DNA of 64,000 bases from Acidimicrobiia bacterium (GTDB lineage: Bacteria > Actinomycetota > Acidimicrobiia > Spongiisociales > ZC4RG35): the NCBI GenBank assembly GCA_013812505.1, contig JACCTH010000036.1:39957-103956 (forward strand). Direction: 5' to 3'. Positions within the stretch are counted from its first letter, which is position 1; every line of letters starts with the position of its first letter. Positions 9,589 through 19,328 of this stretch are shown here, in pieces. Made by a program: the position numbers and the translations under genes. The notes beneath the pieces are model-generated. The model had not been told where the DNA came from, ran no database searches, and saw only the letters and a list, made by a program, of their open reading frames with translations.

Positions 9589-10359
9589 TTGCGCATCCTG
9601 ACCTGCGTCAAACGGGTTCCTGCTCCCGGCGCCCGCATCAATCTCACCGAGGACCAGCGGGCGATCGACGCCCGCCATCTTTCGTTCACCGTGAGCCCTC
9701 ATGAGGAATGCGCCGTCGAAGAAGGCATCCGCCTGCGAGAAGCAAATGGCGGAACCGTCACGGTCCTCACCCTCGGCCCGGCCGAATCCGATGAACAACT
9801 TCGCTATGCAATTTCGGTTGGGGCAGACACCGCTGAGCTAATCCTCACTGACGGCGAGGAGTGGGACCCGCAGTCCACTGCCAACGCCCTTGCCAGTCGG
9901 ATCAAGGACCTGGAAGCCGAAGGGCAGGCTTTCGACCTGATCCTTTTTGGCAACGAATCAGCCGATGCCGGGGGCTACCAGGTTGGGATTCGGGTGGCTC
10001 ATCTGCTCGGCAGGCCGATCATCACCGGCATCAAGGGCCTCCAAGTCGAACAGCAAACCGTCGTCGCGCGGCGCGAGGTGGAATCGGGATTCGAGGTGTA
10101 CCGATTGCCACTTCCCGCGGTTGTTGCGGTCAAGGAGGGAATCAACCTTCCTCGCTACCCCACTCTCCCGGGGAGACTCAAAGCCAAGAAGGCAGAGGTC
10201 GCCAACCTGGGACCCGCCGTCGGGATTGGGGGCGGACTGCAGATGCGAATGCTCCGCACACCGAAAGAACAGCAAACGGTGACGACCGTTCTCGGACGCG
10301 GAGCGGATGCCGCGCCGGCGGTGGTTGACCTGTTGGCAGAACTCGGTCTGCTGCGATGA
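9589..10359 (+). CDS. etfB: electron transfer flavoprotein beta subunit
   Basis: TTG start. MRILTCVKRVP..., LGPAESDEQLR and NESADAGGYQVG are typical EtfB. ATGA overlap with etfA. Confidence 0.9.
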   Translation: MRILTCVKRVPAPGARINLTEDQRAIDARHLSFTVSPHEECAVEEGIRLREANGGTVTVLTLGPAESDEQLRYAISVGADTAELILTDGEEWDPQSTANALASRIKDLEAEGQAFDLILFGNESADAGGYQVGIRVAHLLGRPIITGIKGLQVEQQTVVARREVESGFEVYRLPLPAVVAVKEGINLPRYPTLPGRLKAKKAEVANLGPAVGIGGGLQMRMLRTPKEQQTVTTVLGRGADAAPAVVDLLAELGLLR

Positions 10360-11285
10360 GCCGGGTCATGGTCTTCGTCGGCGACCAGCCCGGCGAGATC
10401 GAGAGTCAAGCGATAACCCTCGGGCACAGTTTGGGTTCGGTCGAGGCGGTCGTCCTTGGTGATGTCACGATTGCCGGACTCAATCGAGTCTGGTCGGTCC
10501 AGCACCCACTGCTCTCTGACTACGCCCCCGAGGCGATTGCCGAGGCTCTTGCGCAGCTGGTTGGCAGGGAGATGCCGGCCGCGGTCATCGCCGCCGGGAC
10601 CGAGCGCGGGAATGAGGTCATGGCTCATCTCGGCGCCCTGCTCGATCTTCCACTCGCCAGCAATATTGTGTCAGTCGATGCTTCCGACGACGACTGGGAG
10701 CTGACAAGAGTTCGCTGGGGTGGGAGCTTGCTCGAAGAGGCGACGCTGTCGGCCTTCGTGAAGTTGCTCACGGTCGCGCCTCATTCCCAACCAGCCTTTG
10801 CGGGGAGTGGTGATCCCGAGGTCACCATATTCACCCCCGAGATCGACGACTCACTCGCCAGAACCCGAGTGACCGAACGGGTCACTGTCGAAGCTGGAAT
10901 CAGTCTGACCACCGCTCCCGTGGTGGTGAGTGGAGGCCGCGGGGTTGGCTCGGCGGAAGGATTCGCGACCCTCGAGCAGCTCGCCAACCTTTTGGGCGGC
11001 GCGGTTGGCTGCTCGCGGGTGGTCACCAACAATGGTTGGCGCAGCCACCGCGATCAGGTTGGTCAAACTGGGACTCGCATCGCCCCCAGCCTCTACATCG
11101 CTTGCGGAATCTCGGGAGCGATCCAGCATTGGGTGGGGATGATGGCGGCCAAGAAAGTGCTGGCCATCAACACCGATCCGGATGCACCAATGGTCACCAA
11201 GGCCGACTACGCCGTTATTGGCGACCTCCATGAGATTCTCCCGGCAATAGTCGACGAGGTGAAACGTAGAAAGGGATTGGAATGA
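10356..11285 (+). CDS. etfA: electron transfer flavoprotein alpha subunit
   Basis: C-terminal FAD motif YIACGISGAIQHWVGM and ...AINTDPDAPM. Overlaps etfB at ATGA 10356..10359. Confidence 0.9.
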   Translation: MSRVMVFVGDQPGEIESQAITLGHSLGSVEAVVLGDVTIAGLNRVWSVQHPLLSDYAPEAIAEALAQLVGREMPAAVIAAGTERGNEVMAHLGALLDLPLASNIVSVDASDDDWELTRVRWGGSLLEEATLSAFVKLLTVAPHSQPAFAGSGDPEVTIFTPEIDDSLARTRVTERVTVEAGISLTTAPVVVSGGRGVGSAEGFATLEQLANLLGGAVGCSRVVTNNGWRSHRDQVGQTGTRIAPSLYIACGISGAIQHWVGMMAAKKVLAINTDPDAPMVTKADYAVIGDLHEILPAIVDEVKRRKGLE

Positions 11286-11638
11286 AGATGCCCAAACCGG
11301 GAGCACCGAAGAAGGAGCTGTTCCAACGCTTGTTGCCTCAGGCGCCGGGAGTCACGCAGAGGCCGATGTTCGGGCAGCTTGTCGGTTTCGTCAACGGCAA
11401 CATGTTCCTGTGCCTTTTCGGTGATCAGATCGCGGTGAAGCTGCCCGAGGAGCAAGCCGACGAGTTGCTCGCGATCGACGGCTCCGGTCCGTTAGTTCCT
11501 ATGGAGGGGAGGCCGATGCGGGGATACGTGACGCTGCCGGAGGCCTGGCACGATGGCGATCCGAGGGCGGATGTGTGGGTCGAGCGGTCCCTCGAATATG
11601 TAGGCTCGCTCCCGCCCAAAGAGAAGAAGAAAAAGTGA
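11282..11638 (+). CDS. TfoX N-terminal domain-like protein (118 aa)
   Basis: Pattern RPMFGQLVGFVNGNMFLCLFGDQIAVKL. ATGA overlap with the etfA stop. Lys-rich tail. Confidence 0.55.
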   Translation: MKMPKPGAPKKELFQRLLPQAPGVTQRPMFGQLVGFVNGNMFLCLFGDQIAVKLPEEQADELLAIDGSGPLVPMEGRPMRGYVTLPEAWHDGDPRADVWVERSLEYVGSLPPKEKKKK

Positions 11639-12036
11639 GCGACTCCCTGTTGACTCCTGACCAACAAACCCGGTTAGACCGGGAGTCGATCCTGTGGTTG
11701 ACAACCGTTCGCCCCAACGGACAACCGCAAACCCTGCCGGTTTGGTACGTGCTCGACGGGTCGGAAATTCTGGTGTGGTCCTTTGACGGCGTGCGGGTCA
11801 AGAACCTGGCTACCAACTCGAAGGTCTCGGCGCACGTCAACGACGACGGGCGCGGCGGGAACATTCTGACCATCGAAGGAACGGCAGTGATCGATCGGAA
11901 GCGGGGTCTGGCGAGCGAACACGCCAAGTACGTCGATCGATATCAATCGTTTCTCAGTTCTTACGACTGGACCTGGGACTGGTTCTGCGGCAAGTACAGC
12001 GTGCCGATCGTCATCAACCCGTCGAAAGCCCGTTGA
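11635..12036 (+). CDS. PPOX-class (pyridoxamine 5'-phosphate oxidase-like, possibly F420-dependent) protein
   Basis: GTG 11635 overlaps the preceding TGA (GTGA). Motif ILWLTTVRPNGQPQTLPVWYVLDG. Confidence 0.65.
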   Translation: MSDSLLTPDQQTRLDRESILWLTTVRPNGQPQTLPVWYVLDGSEILVWSFDGVRVKNLATNSKVSAHVNDDGRGGNILTIEGTAVIDRKRGLASEHAKYVDRYQSFLSSYDWTWDWFCGKYSVPIVINPSKAR

Positions 12037-12054
12037 GGTCCCAACCACTCCACA

Positions 12055-12101
12055 AACCTAAGGCGATTTTGGTGGCTATGCCACCATGCAAACCTTAGGT
12101 T
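12055..12101. repeat. 47-nt palindromic intergenic element, family B copy 1
   Basis: aacctaaggcgattttggtggctatgccaccatgcaaaccttaggtt. Terminal inverted repeats aacctaagg/ccttaggtt and an inner hairpin ggtggc-tat-gccacc. Lies between convergent stops at 12036 and 12114. Second copy at 37610..37656. Confidence 0.85.
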
Positions 12102-12113
12102 CCTTTTGCTGCC

Positions 12114-12944
12114 CTACCAAAGGCTGCCGGCGGAAACCCGGAGGTCCTCCATCGTGATCCCTTTGGCCCCGTCGCTGCAGAGAAAAAGGGCCAGCGCGCC
12201 GATCTCGGAGGGCGCGATCAGGCGACCCTGAGGATTCGACTTCTCGACCTCGGCAACGTATTCGGCTCCGCTCCGGTGCTCCTGCTTCTCGGCGATGTCG
12301 GTCATCCATTCGCGTCCAAAGGAGGTATCGACCCAGGTCGGGCTGATCGCATTGCACGTCACTCCGTGCGGTGCTCCTTCCAAAGCGACGGCCCTGGTCA
12401 ATCCAACCACTCCCGCCTTGGAGGCGCAGTAGGCGCCAGAGGTCACGGCGCCAACCGTCGCCGCGGTCGAAGCGATGTTGATGATCCGCCCCCATTTTCG
12501 TTCGATCATCCCAGGAAGCACTCGTTTGATTGCCCGATAGGTGCCGGTGAGGTTCACTTCGATGACCTTGGCCCACAGAGCATCGGAGTGGCCGACGATC
12601 GTCTGCTCGGCGGTAATGCCGGCGGCGTTGGCGAGGATGTCGACCGGGCCCAACGAATCGACCGTCGCCTGGTAGAAAGCGTCGACCGACTCGTCCGAAG
12701 TGACATCGAGATCGAGCGCAACCACTTCTACTCCGTGCTCGGCAACACGCGAGACAGCTCGATCCATCTCTTCCCGGCCCGGAAAGTGACCGACTTCACC
12801 CGTTGCTTTCTTCCCGCCAGCGAGCAGCGACCCGAGCGAGACATTGGCGCCGGCCGAGGCTAACGCGAGGCCCATCGCCAAGCCCATGCCCGAAGCGCCA
12901 CCAGTCACCATTGCGGTCCGTCCGGCCAGGAACCTATCCGCCAT
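12114..12944 (-). CDS. short-chain dehydrogenase/reductase (SDR)
   Basis: TGGASGMG cofactor motif, NAAG, and an S...YxxxK catalytic pattern (YCASKAG). Directly downstream of betB. Confidence 0.8.
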   Translation of the reverse strand: MADRFLAGRTAMVTGGASGMGLAMGLALASAGANVSLGSLLAGGKKATGEVGHFPGREEMDRAVSRVAEHGVEVVALDLDVTSDESVDAFYQATVDSLGPVDILANAAGITAEQTIVGHSDALWAKVIEVNLTGTYRAIKRVLPGMIERKWGRIINIASTAATVGAVTSGAYCASKAGVVGLTRAVALEGAPHGVTCNAISPTWVDTSFGREWMTDIAEKQEHRSGAEYVAEVEKSNPQGRLIAPSEIGALALFLCSDGAKGITMEDLRVSAGSLW

Positions 12945-12946
12945 CC

Positions 12947-14407
12947 TTAGTAGGGCGCCTCGACATCGCCCATCTCCACGTACACGCTTTTCAGTTGGGT
13001 GTAGTGATTGATGGTGGTGAGGCTGTTCTCACGCCCGATCCCCGACTGCTTGTAGCCACCGAAGGGCATCTCGATGGGGGTGACGTTGTAATTGTTGATC
13101 CAAGTGGTGCCGGCTTCGAGCTTGGCCACCACCCGATGTGCTCGTTGGATGTCCATGGTGAACACCCCGGCTGCAAGCCCGTAGTCGGTGTTGTTGGCGC
13201 GGACAACGACGTCGTCTTCGTTGTTGAAGGTGAGGATCGCCATCACCGGACCAAAGATCTCCTCGCGGACGATCGTCATGTCGTCGGTGCAAGCATCGAA
13301 CACGGTCGGCTCGACGAAGTAGCCGGATTGGAGGGCAGGGTCGGAGGGTCTGCCGCCACCGATCAGAAGCTTGGCCCCGGCCCGACGCCCCGCGTCGATG
13401 TAGCCGAGGACCTTCTGCATGTGATCGGCCGAGATGAGTGCACCGACATGGGTATCGGGGTCCATCGGGTCGCCGATCTTCATCTTGGCTGTGCGAGTTA
13501 CCAGACGTTCGACGAACTCGTCGTGCACATCTTCGTGCACAAACACCCGGGTGCCGTTGGAACAAATTTCGCCTTGGGTATAGAAGTTGGCCATCAATGC
13601 GGCGGAGACGGCGTTGTCCAATTGGGCGTCATCGAAGATGATCAGCGGGCTCTTCCCGCCGAGCTCGAGAGTGACGTACTTCAAGGTGGCGGCGGCGTTG
13701 GCCATCACGAGCTTTCCGGTGCCAACGTCACCTGTAAGCGAAACCTTGGCCACGCCACGATGCGCGACTAGGGCTTCGCCGGTCCGGCGATCGCCCGGCA
13801 CGACATTGAAAACGCCGTCGGGGAGTCCCGCTTCCGAATAGATCTCGGCCAATCGCAGAGCGGTCAACGGGGTGAGTGATGCCGGTTTGAAGACCATCGA
13901 GTTGCCACATGCCAGCGCGGGACCTGACTTCCAACAGGCAATCTGGATTGGGTAGTTCCAGGCGCCGATACCGACGCAAACCCCCAACGGCTCGCGCCGT
14001 GTGTAGGCCCACGAGGAGGCCAGCTGAAAGGTCTCACCGTGGATGGAGGCGGCGAGACCGGCGAAGTACTCGATCGCATCGGCGCCGGAGAGGACATCCA
14101 CGGCCACCGCTTCCTGCCACGGCTTGCCCGTGTCCAGAACCTCGAGGCGAGCGAGATCTTCGTTGTACCTGCGCAGCAACGCCACGGCTCGATTGAGGAT
14201 GCGGCCTCGTTCGGCGCCGCTTATCTCTTTCCAAACGAGGAAACCTTCCTGAGCCGAATTCACCGCCCGGTCGACATCGTCAGGCCCGGCATGCTGGACC
14301 GCGCAGATCACCTCGCCGGTGGCAGGATTGATCGTGTCAAATGTCTCACCGCTCGTCGCGTCGACCCGTTGGCCCGCGATGAACAGCCTCTGTTCGAGCA
14401 TCTGCAT
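12947..14407 (-). CDS. betB: betaine-aldehyde dehydrogenase
   Basis: Strong similarity along the whole length to E. coli BetB as I remember it ([72 protein letters not shown]). Start chosen at ATG 14407 ([12 protein letters not shown]). The track ORF extends to 14455. Confidence 0.9.
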   Translation of the reverse strand: MQMLEQRLFIAGQRVDATSGETFDTINPATGEVICAVQHAGPDDVDRAVNSAQEGFLVWKEISGAERGRILNRAVALLRRYNEDLARLEVLDTGKPWQEAVAVDVLSGADAIEYFAGLAASIHGETFQLASSWAYTRREPLGVCVGIGAWNYPIQIACWKSGPALACGNSMVFKPASLTPLTALRLAEIYSEAGLPDGVFNVVPGDRRTGEALVAHRGVAKVSLTGDVGTGKLVMANAAATLKYVTLELGGKSPLIIFDDAQLDNAVSAALMANFYTQGEICSNGTRVFVHEDVHDEFVERLVTRTAKMKIGDPMDPDTHVGALISADHMQKVLGYIDAGRRAGAKLLIGGGRPSDPALQSGYFVEPTVFDACTDDMTIVREEIFGPVMAILTFNNEDDVVVRANNTDYGLAAGVFTMDIQRAHRVVAKLEAGTTWINNYNVTPIEMPFGGYKQSGIGRENSLTTINHYTQLKSVYVEMGDVEAPY

Positions 14408-14454
14408 AGACCGTGACGCTACTAGAGCGCCCAAACCCTGTTTCATTGCGTTCA

Positions 14455-15033
14455 ATGGAACGAATGCTCCTCGCCGGCGCAGCCTGGGGACCGGTCGTGT
14501 TTATCGGCTGCTGGCTCGTCGGTGGTCTGCTCCTACCCGGCTACTCCCCTGTCGACGATCCGATCAGCCGGCTGGCTGCTGTCGAGGCCGACTCCCGACC
14601 CCTGATGAATTTCGGGTTGGGGGCGTTCGCGATCGGTGTTGGTATGGCGAGCTGGCCAATCCGTCGAATCCTGGGACCTTGGGCCGCTACAGCGCTCGGG
14701 TTGAACGCCCTGATGACAATCGGAGTGCTGGCGACGCCGCTCGACCTGTCGCCAGCGACGGATGTTGCTCATGGAGTATTTGCCGGGATCGCATATCTCG
14801 CGCTGGCCTCGGTCGGAGTGCTGGGCTCGATCTGGCTTCGTGAGCATGATCGGCCATCGCGGGCCTGGCTAGTCGTGGGACTCGTTACGGGCGCCGCGCT
14901 CGCACTTTCAATCACCGACCTCGCGCCCGGGCTCTTCCAACGGATCGGGCTCACCGCTACCGATGTGGCCCTGATACTCACGGGCCTTCGTTCTCGCGAC
15001 CAAATCGGCACCTGGAAGGTGCCGATTTGGTGA
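14455..15033 (+). CDS. membrane protein, DUF998-like
   Basis: Six predicted TM stretches and the motif [14 protein letters not shown]. Start uncertain (GTG 14413 or ATG 14455). The last 12 codons run into repeat A copy 2. Confidence 0.5.
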   Translation: MERMLLAGAAWGPVVFIGCWLVGGLLLPGYSPVDDPISRLAAVEADSRPLMNFGLGAFAIGVGMASWPIRRILGPWAATALGLNALMTIGVLATPLDLSPATDVAHGVFAGIAYLALASVGVLGSIWLREHDRPSRAWLVVGLVTGAALALSITDLAPGLFQRIGLTATDVALILTGLRSRDQIGTWKVPIW

Positions 15034-15041
15034 TAAAAACG
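14989..15041. repeat. 53-nt palindromic element, family A copy 2
   Basis: cgttctcgcgaccaaatcggcacctggaaggtgccgatttggtgataaaaacg. 14-bp perfect core stem. Lies between convergent stops at 15033 and 15048. Confidence 0.85.
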
Positions 15042-15047
15042 ATGGTT

Positions 15048-16964
15048 TTAGGGGGTGGCGGGGGGCTGGAGCCGTTCGGCCCAGGACTGGGTGATGCGGT
15101 CGAGGATCATGGCCATCACTACGATCGCCAGACCGACCTCGAAACCGAGCCCGGTTTCGTTGCGAACGACGGCGTTGACGGTCTCGAACCCGAGACCTCC
15201 GCCTCCGACCAGCCCGGCGATGATCACCATCGCCAGCACCATCATGATCACCTGGTTGATCCCGAGCATGATTGTCGGGGCGGCCAGCGGGATCCGCACC
15301 CCAAGCATGGTCTGCCGAGGTGTGGCGCCAAACGTTTGTGACGCTTCGATCGACTCATTGGGGACCTGACGGATGCCGAGGGCGGTGATCCGGATTCCCG
15401 GAACGATCGCGTAAAGAACCGAGGCGATAAGGCCCGGGACCTGTCCGATAGTGAAGAGCATCACCACCGGAATGATGTAGACAAAGGACGGAATCGTCTG
15501 GAGGCCATCGAGGATCGGCCCTAGCGCCTTCTCCACCTTCGGCCGCCGGCCTGCCCAGACCCCGATCGGGACGGCGATGGCCACTGAGACCAGCACGGCC
15601 GCAATCACCTGGACGAGGGTGATGATCGACAATTCCCACATCCCGATGAAGCCGACGACCAGCAGCGAGACTGCCGAGAAGATCGCCAGTCCCATCCCCT
15701 TCCACTTCCAAGCGAGCCAAGCAGTGACAAAGATCAGCACCGGCCAGGCAACGGAAAGCAGGAGAAAGTCGCGGACCGGCAGCAGCACATCGGCGACGAC
15801 GAAGTCGTTCAAGGGTCGGGTGATGAACGAAAGGTTGTCACGCGCCCAGACCACGATGGCGTCAAGCGGGTCGAGGATTCTGACTCCCCAGACGGTGGGA
15901 AAAGCGACGGCGCCGGTTGCCCGACCAAAGACCACCAGGCCGCCGAGAACGGCGAGACCTCCAAGCACCCACCGTTTGTCAATCTGTTTCGACCGGTCGC
16001 GCTCGGCCAGCGAGCGGCTGACCCGATCGAGCACCATCGCCACCGCCACGATGGCGAGACCGGCGGCGACGCCGCGTCCGGGGCGACGAAGGCGCAAAGT
16101 GTCCATTACTTCCTGCCCGAGGCCCCCGGCGGCGAGCAGCGTGGCAAGAACCACGATCCCGAGCGCCATCATGATCGTCTGGTTGACCCCGGTCATGATC
16201 GTCGGCAACGCCATGGGGGCTTGAACTTTGACGAGGGTCTGACGGTTGGTCGACCCAAAAACGCGAGAAGCCTCCACCGCCGCGACCGGGACCTTGTTGA
16301 TCCCCAGGGCGGTCAGCCGGACGACCGGAGGCAGCGCATATATGACCGTGGCAACGGCCGCGGGCACCTTGCCAATGCCAAAAAAAAGCAACATCGGAAT
16401 GAAATACACCGGGGCGGGAATGGTCTGCATCGCATCGAGCAGGGGGCGCATCCCCTGCTCAAAGCGGAAACGGAACGCGGCCAGAACTCCCAAGGGAACC
16501 CCGATGGCAACTGTGATCAGCACCGACACTCCCATCAACGCCAACGTTTCGATCGTTGGCTCCCAAAGCCCCACCAAGCCGGGATAGACCATGGCCAGGC
16601 CCGCCACTACACCTGAGCGCCAGTTGCCGTTGCGGGCGATGATCGCAAATACCGCCACGGGCAACACGAACCATGGCAGCCACAGCAACGACTCTTCGAT
16701 CGCGGTTAGGCCCCAATTGATCACGTCGGTCACGGGTTGGAAAAACCCGGTGAAGAGGGGATGAGTCAGGCGGTTGGAGCGCCCCCAGGCCTCGAACTGA
16801 TCAATCGGCCCTGAGATCAGGGTGTCCCAGATCGCCGGGAACGTGCGGCCGGCGAAAAGCAGTTGCAGCCCGATCACCCCTGCCCCGAGAATCAGCCACG
16901 AAACCGCCGCCCGGTCGAGTCGCCGCGCTCCGACCCCGACAGGGGCCTCGAGGGCTTCGGTCAT
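15048..16964 (-). CDS. glycine betaine/proline-type ABC transporter permease, duplicated (two fused permease domains, 638 aa)
   Basis: Two internal homologous halves, each with a permease EAA-like region (...EASRVFGSTNRQTL... and ...EASQTFGATPRQTM...). Overlaps the upstream ATPase gene by 4 nt. Confidence 0.8.
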   Translation of the reverse strand: MTEALEAPVGVGARRLDRAAVSWLILGAGVIGLQLLFAGRTFPAIWDTLISGPIDQFEAWGRSNRLTHPLFTGFFQPVTDVINWGLTAIEESLLWLPWFVLPVAVFAIIARNGNWRSGVVAGLAMVYPGLVGLWEPTIETLALMGVSVLITVAIGVPLGVLAAFRFRFEQGMRPLLDAMQTIPAPVYFIPMLLFFGIGKVPAAVATVIYALPPVVRLTALGINKVPVAAVEASRVFGSTNRQTLVKVQAPMALPTIMTGVNQTIMMALGIVVLATLLAAGGLGQEVMDTLRLRRPGRGVAAGLAIVAVAMVLDRVSRSLAERDRSKQIDKRWVLGGLAVLGGLVVFGRATGAVAFPTVWGVRILDPLDAIVVWARDNLSFITRPLNDFVVADVLLPVRDFLLLSVAWPVLIFVTAWLAWKWKGMGLAIFSAVSLLVVGFIGMWELSIITLVQVIAAVLVSVAIAVPIGVWAGRRPKVEKALGPILDGLQTIPSFVYIIPVVMLFTIGQVPGLIASVLYAIVPGIRITALGIRQVPNESIEASQTFGATPRQTMLGVRIPLAAPTIMLGINQVIMMVLAMVIIAGLVGGGGLGFETVNAVVRNETGLGFEVGLAIVVMAMILDRITQSWAERLQPPATP

Positions 16965-17998
16965 TCCTCAGCCTCAAGCACGTGCGCCACGGCTTGGCGG
17001 TCAACGATGCCGACCGCGGTCCCCTCGACGTCGTCCACCCCGACCGGGGAGAGATCACTCAACAGGTGGGGGAGGACGCTCTCAATGGTGTCTTCAAGGT
17101 GGACACGATGAGTTGCTGCGGTCGAATCGCCATCCATGAGGACCGACGCCGCGGTGAGCACCTTGGTCTTGGGGATGTCCTTTGTGAACTCGCGAACGTA
17201 ATCGGTCTGGGGGTTGGTGATCATCTCCGCTGCCGTCCCCACTTGGTCGAACGCGCCGTCCTTCATGATGGCGATCCGGTCGCCGAGCTTGATCGCCTCG
17301 GCGAAGTCATGCGTGATGAAGACGATCGTCCGTTGCAAGGTCTCTTGGAGCCGGATCAACTCGTCTTGCATGTCGCGGCGAATCAAGGGGTCGAGCGCCG
17401 AGAACGGCTCGTCAAAGAAAAGGATCTCGGGGTCGACCGTCAGCGCCCGGGCGAGCCCGACTCGTTGCTGCATTCCGCCGGAGAGCTGCTGGGGGTAGTG
17501 GTTCTCCCAGCCCTTGAGCCCGACAACTTCGAGCACCTCCATCGCCCGCTCGATACGCTCGCCCTTGTCGACGCCGCGGACCTCGAGCCCATAGGCAGCG
17601 TTGTCGATCACCCGGCGATGGGGGAAGAGGCCGAAGTGTTGAAAGACCATCGACATCTTGTGCCGCCGAACCTCGCGCAGCTCGTCCTCGCTCATCGCGG
17701 TTAGATCGTCGCCGTCGAGCAACACCCGCCCTTTGGTGACCTCGTTGAGCCGGGAAGCACAGCGGATCAAAGTAGATTTACCCGAGCCGGAAAGCCCCAT
17801 CACGACAAAGGTTTCGCCTCGCATCACATCGAAGGAGACGTCTCGCACCCCGACCGTGCAGCCCGTCGCCTTGAGGATGTCGGCCCGGGTCGATCCCGAT
17901 TCAGCCATCGTCAGCGCCCGTTCCGGCCGGTTTCCGAAGATTTTCCAGACCTGATCGATCTGCAAACAGACTGGCGCCGCAGAGCCGTTGTCGGACAT
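16961..17998 (-). CDS. glycine betaine/proline ABC transporter ATP-binding protein (ProV/OpuAA-like)
   Basis: Walker A GLSGSGKST, signature LSGGMQQRVGLARAL, Walker B ILFFDEPFSALD, C-terminal CBS-like region. Start at ATG 17998 (MSDNGSAAPV). The 63 upstream codons of the track ORF are rejected. Confidence 0.85.
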   Translation of the reverse strand: MSDNGSAAPVCLQIDQVWKIFGNRPERALTMAESGSTRADILKATGCTVGVRDVSFDVMRGETFVVMGLSGSGKSTLIRCASRLNEVTKGRVLLDGDDLTAMSEDELREVRRHKMSMVFQHFGLFPHRRVIDNAAYGLEVRGVDKGERIERAMEVLEVVGLKGWENHYPQQLSGGMQQRVGLARALTVDPEILFFDEPFSALDPLIRRDMQDELIRLQETLQRTIVFITHDFAEAIKLGDRIAIMKDGAFDQVGTAAEMITNPQTDYVREFTKDIPKTKVLTAASVLMDGDSTAATHRVHLEDTIESVLPHLLSDLSPVGVDDVEGTAVGIVDRQAVAHVLEAEE

Positions 17999-18057
17999 CT
18001 CGGTAATGTACCAATCGACCGCCTGGAAAGTACGGGCGGCGACCAAGAGGAGAACGA

Positions 18058-19089
18058 ATGAAGAACCGCTTATTGCTTGGTTTGACGATTCTGAGCCTGT
18101 TCGTGGCGGCCTGCGGTGGCGGCACCGCCGCAACCACCGGTGGCGATACCCCCGGCACCACTGCCGCGGGAGACGACCCCGGAACAACCGCCGGTGATGC
18201 TGGGACCGTCACAACGATGGGCATCGACTCGAGCAAGCCGACGATCAACCTGGTGGTCAACGCTTGGACCGCCTCGGCGCTCAACGTCGAAATCGCCAAG
18301 CAGCTCATCGAAGGTCACCTCGGCTATCCGGTCGAGGCAGTCACGATCGACGAGAACGCGGCCATGTACACCGGTCTTGCCGATGGCACTCTCGACGCAG
18401 TCTTGGAGTTGTGGCCATCGGGTATCACCGAAGACGAGCAAACCTTCCTCGACGAGGGAACCGTCGTAAACATCGGCGAGCTCGGCGCAGTGGGCCAGAT
18501 CGGCTGGTTCGTACCCGACTATGTAATTGCGGAGCACCCCGAGCTGGCCACCTGGGAAGGGTTCCAGGATCCGGCCAACGCCGCGCTGTTCGCCACCGCC
18601 GAAACGGGCGACCAGGGACGTTTCCTCGGGACCGACCCCTCCTACTCACAGTACGACGAGCCGATCATCGCCAACTTGGAACTCCCCTTCGAAGTCGTGT
18701 ACTCCGGTTCGGAAGCTGCCACCGTCGCCGAGCTCGACCTCCGGGTTGCCGCCCAAGAACCGATCCTGATGTATTGGTGGACCCCGACCGCCGCCTTCGC
18801 CAAGTACAACCTGGTCCAAGTCGAGCTGCCGGCCTACTCCGATGAGTGCTACGCCGAGGTTTCGGCGGTCGACTGCGCCTACCCGGAGGACCGGCTCATC
18901 AAACTCGCCTCGGCCCAACTGGAGGAAAAGGCTCCGGACGTGTTCGAGTTCTTGAGCAATTTCACCCAGACCACCGAGGACCAGCTTTCGATGCTGCCCG
19001 CCGCCGAGATCGACGGTGAGGACCTCCCCGTCGTCGCCAAAGGCTGGATCGACGCCAACCAAGACATCTGGCAGGCCTGGCTCCCCTAA
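18058..19089 (+). CDS. glycine betaine ABC transporter substrate-binding lipoprotein (ProX/OpuAC-like)
   Basis: Signal peptide with lipobox LFVAAC-GGG and a Thr/Gly-rich linker. OpuAC-like body. Divergent from the ATPase-permease operon. RBS agagga before the ATG. Confidence 0.75.
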   Translation: MKNRLLLGLTILSLFVAACGGGTAATTGGDTPGTTAAGDDPGTTAGDAGTVTTMGIDSSKPTINLVVNAWTASALNVEIAKQLIEGHLGYPVEAVTIDENAAMYTGLADGTLDAVLELWPSGITEDEQTFLDEGTVVNIGELGAVGQIGWFVPDYVIAEHPELATWEGFQDPANAALFATAETGDQGRFLGTDPSYSQYDEPIIANLELPFEVVYSGSEAATVAELDLRVAAQEPILMYWWTPTAAFAKYNLVQVELPAYSDECYAEVSAVDCAYPEDRLIKLASAQLEEKAPDVFEFLSNFTQTTEDQLSMLPAAEIDGEDLPVVAKGWIDANQDIWQAWLP

Positions 19090-19128
19090 AAACTGCGAAC
19101 CCTGGGTTCGTAGCGTTGTCCAACAGCG
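19088..19128. repeat. about 40-nt palindromic intergenic element, family C copy 1 (inverted relative to copy 2)
   Basis: aaaaactgcgaaccctgggttcgtagcgttgtccaacagcgg. Core palindrome cgaaccc-t-gggttcg plus a second small hairpin. Starts at the stop codon of the binding-protein gene. Other copies at 42817..42860 and 50466..50505. Confidence 0.8.
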
Positions 19129-19149
19129 GTACCAGCCCATAGAACGAGG

Positions 19150-19180
19150 AAACCGGGGTGGTTGGAAACCACCCCGGTTT
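19150..19180 (+). terminator. 14-bp stem hairpin (aaaccggggtggtt / aaccaccccggttt)
   Basis: Perfect stem with a 3-nt loop, 60 nt after the stop at 19089. The A-tract and T-tract at its base suggest a bidirectional intrinsic terminator. Confidence 0.55.
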
Positions 19181-19328
19181 CGCGTAGAGTGTGATTAGCG
19201 CCGATTTGATTCGATCAGCTTGCGGGCGCTCAACAAATGCGGCTAAAGCGTCGGGATGGAAAAACCGCCCGGCCTCTGCTGCGGCGGTTTTCTGGTTGAA
19301 GGCCGCCTCACAACCAGGAAGGGATGAG

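Noticed and set aside
8785-9798. Long antisense ORFs opposite well-supported genes. Examples: 8785..9798, 12803..13771, 28521..29519, 46873..47700, 51027..52190 (387 aa opposite groEL), and 59903..61078.
   Set aside because: These are typical GC-rich shadow ORFs. They are Arg/Gly/Pro/His-rich with low complexity and no recognisable motifs, and each is fully covered by a gene with strong family signatures on the other strand.
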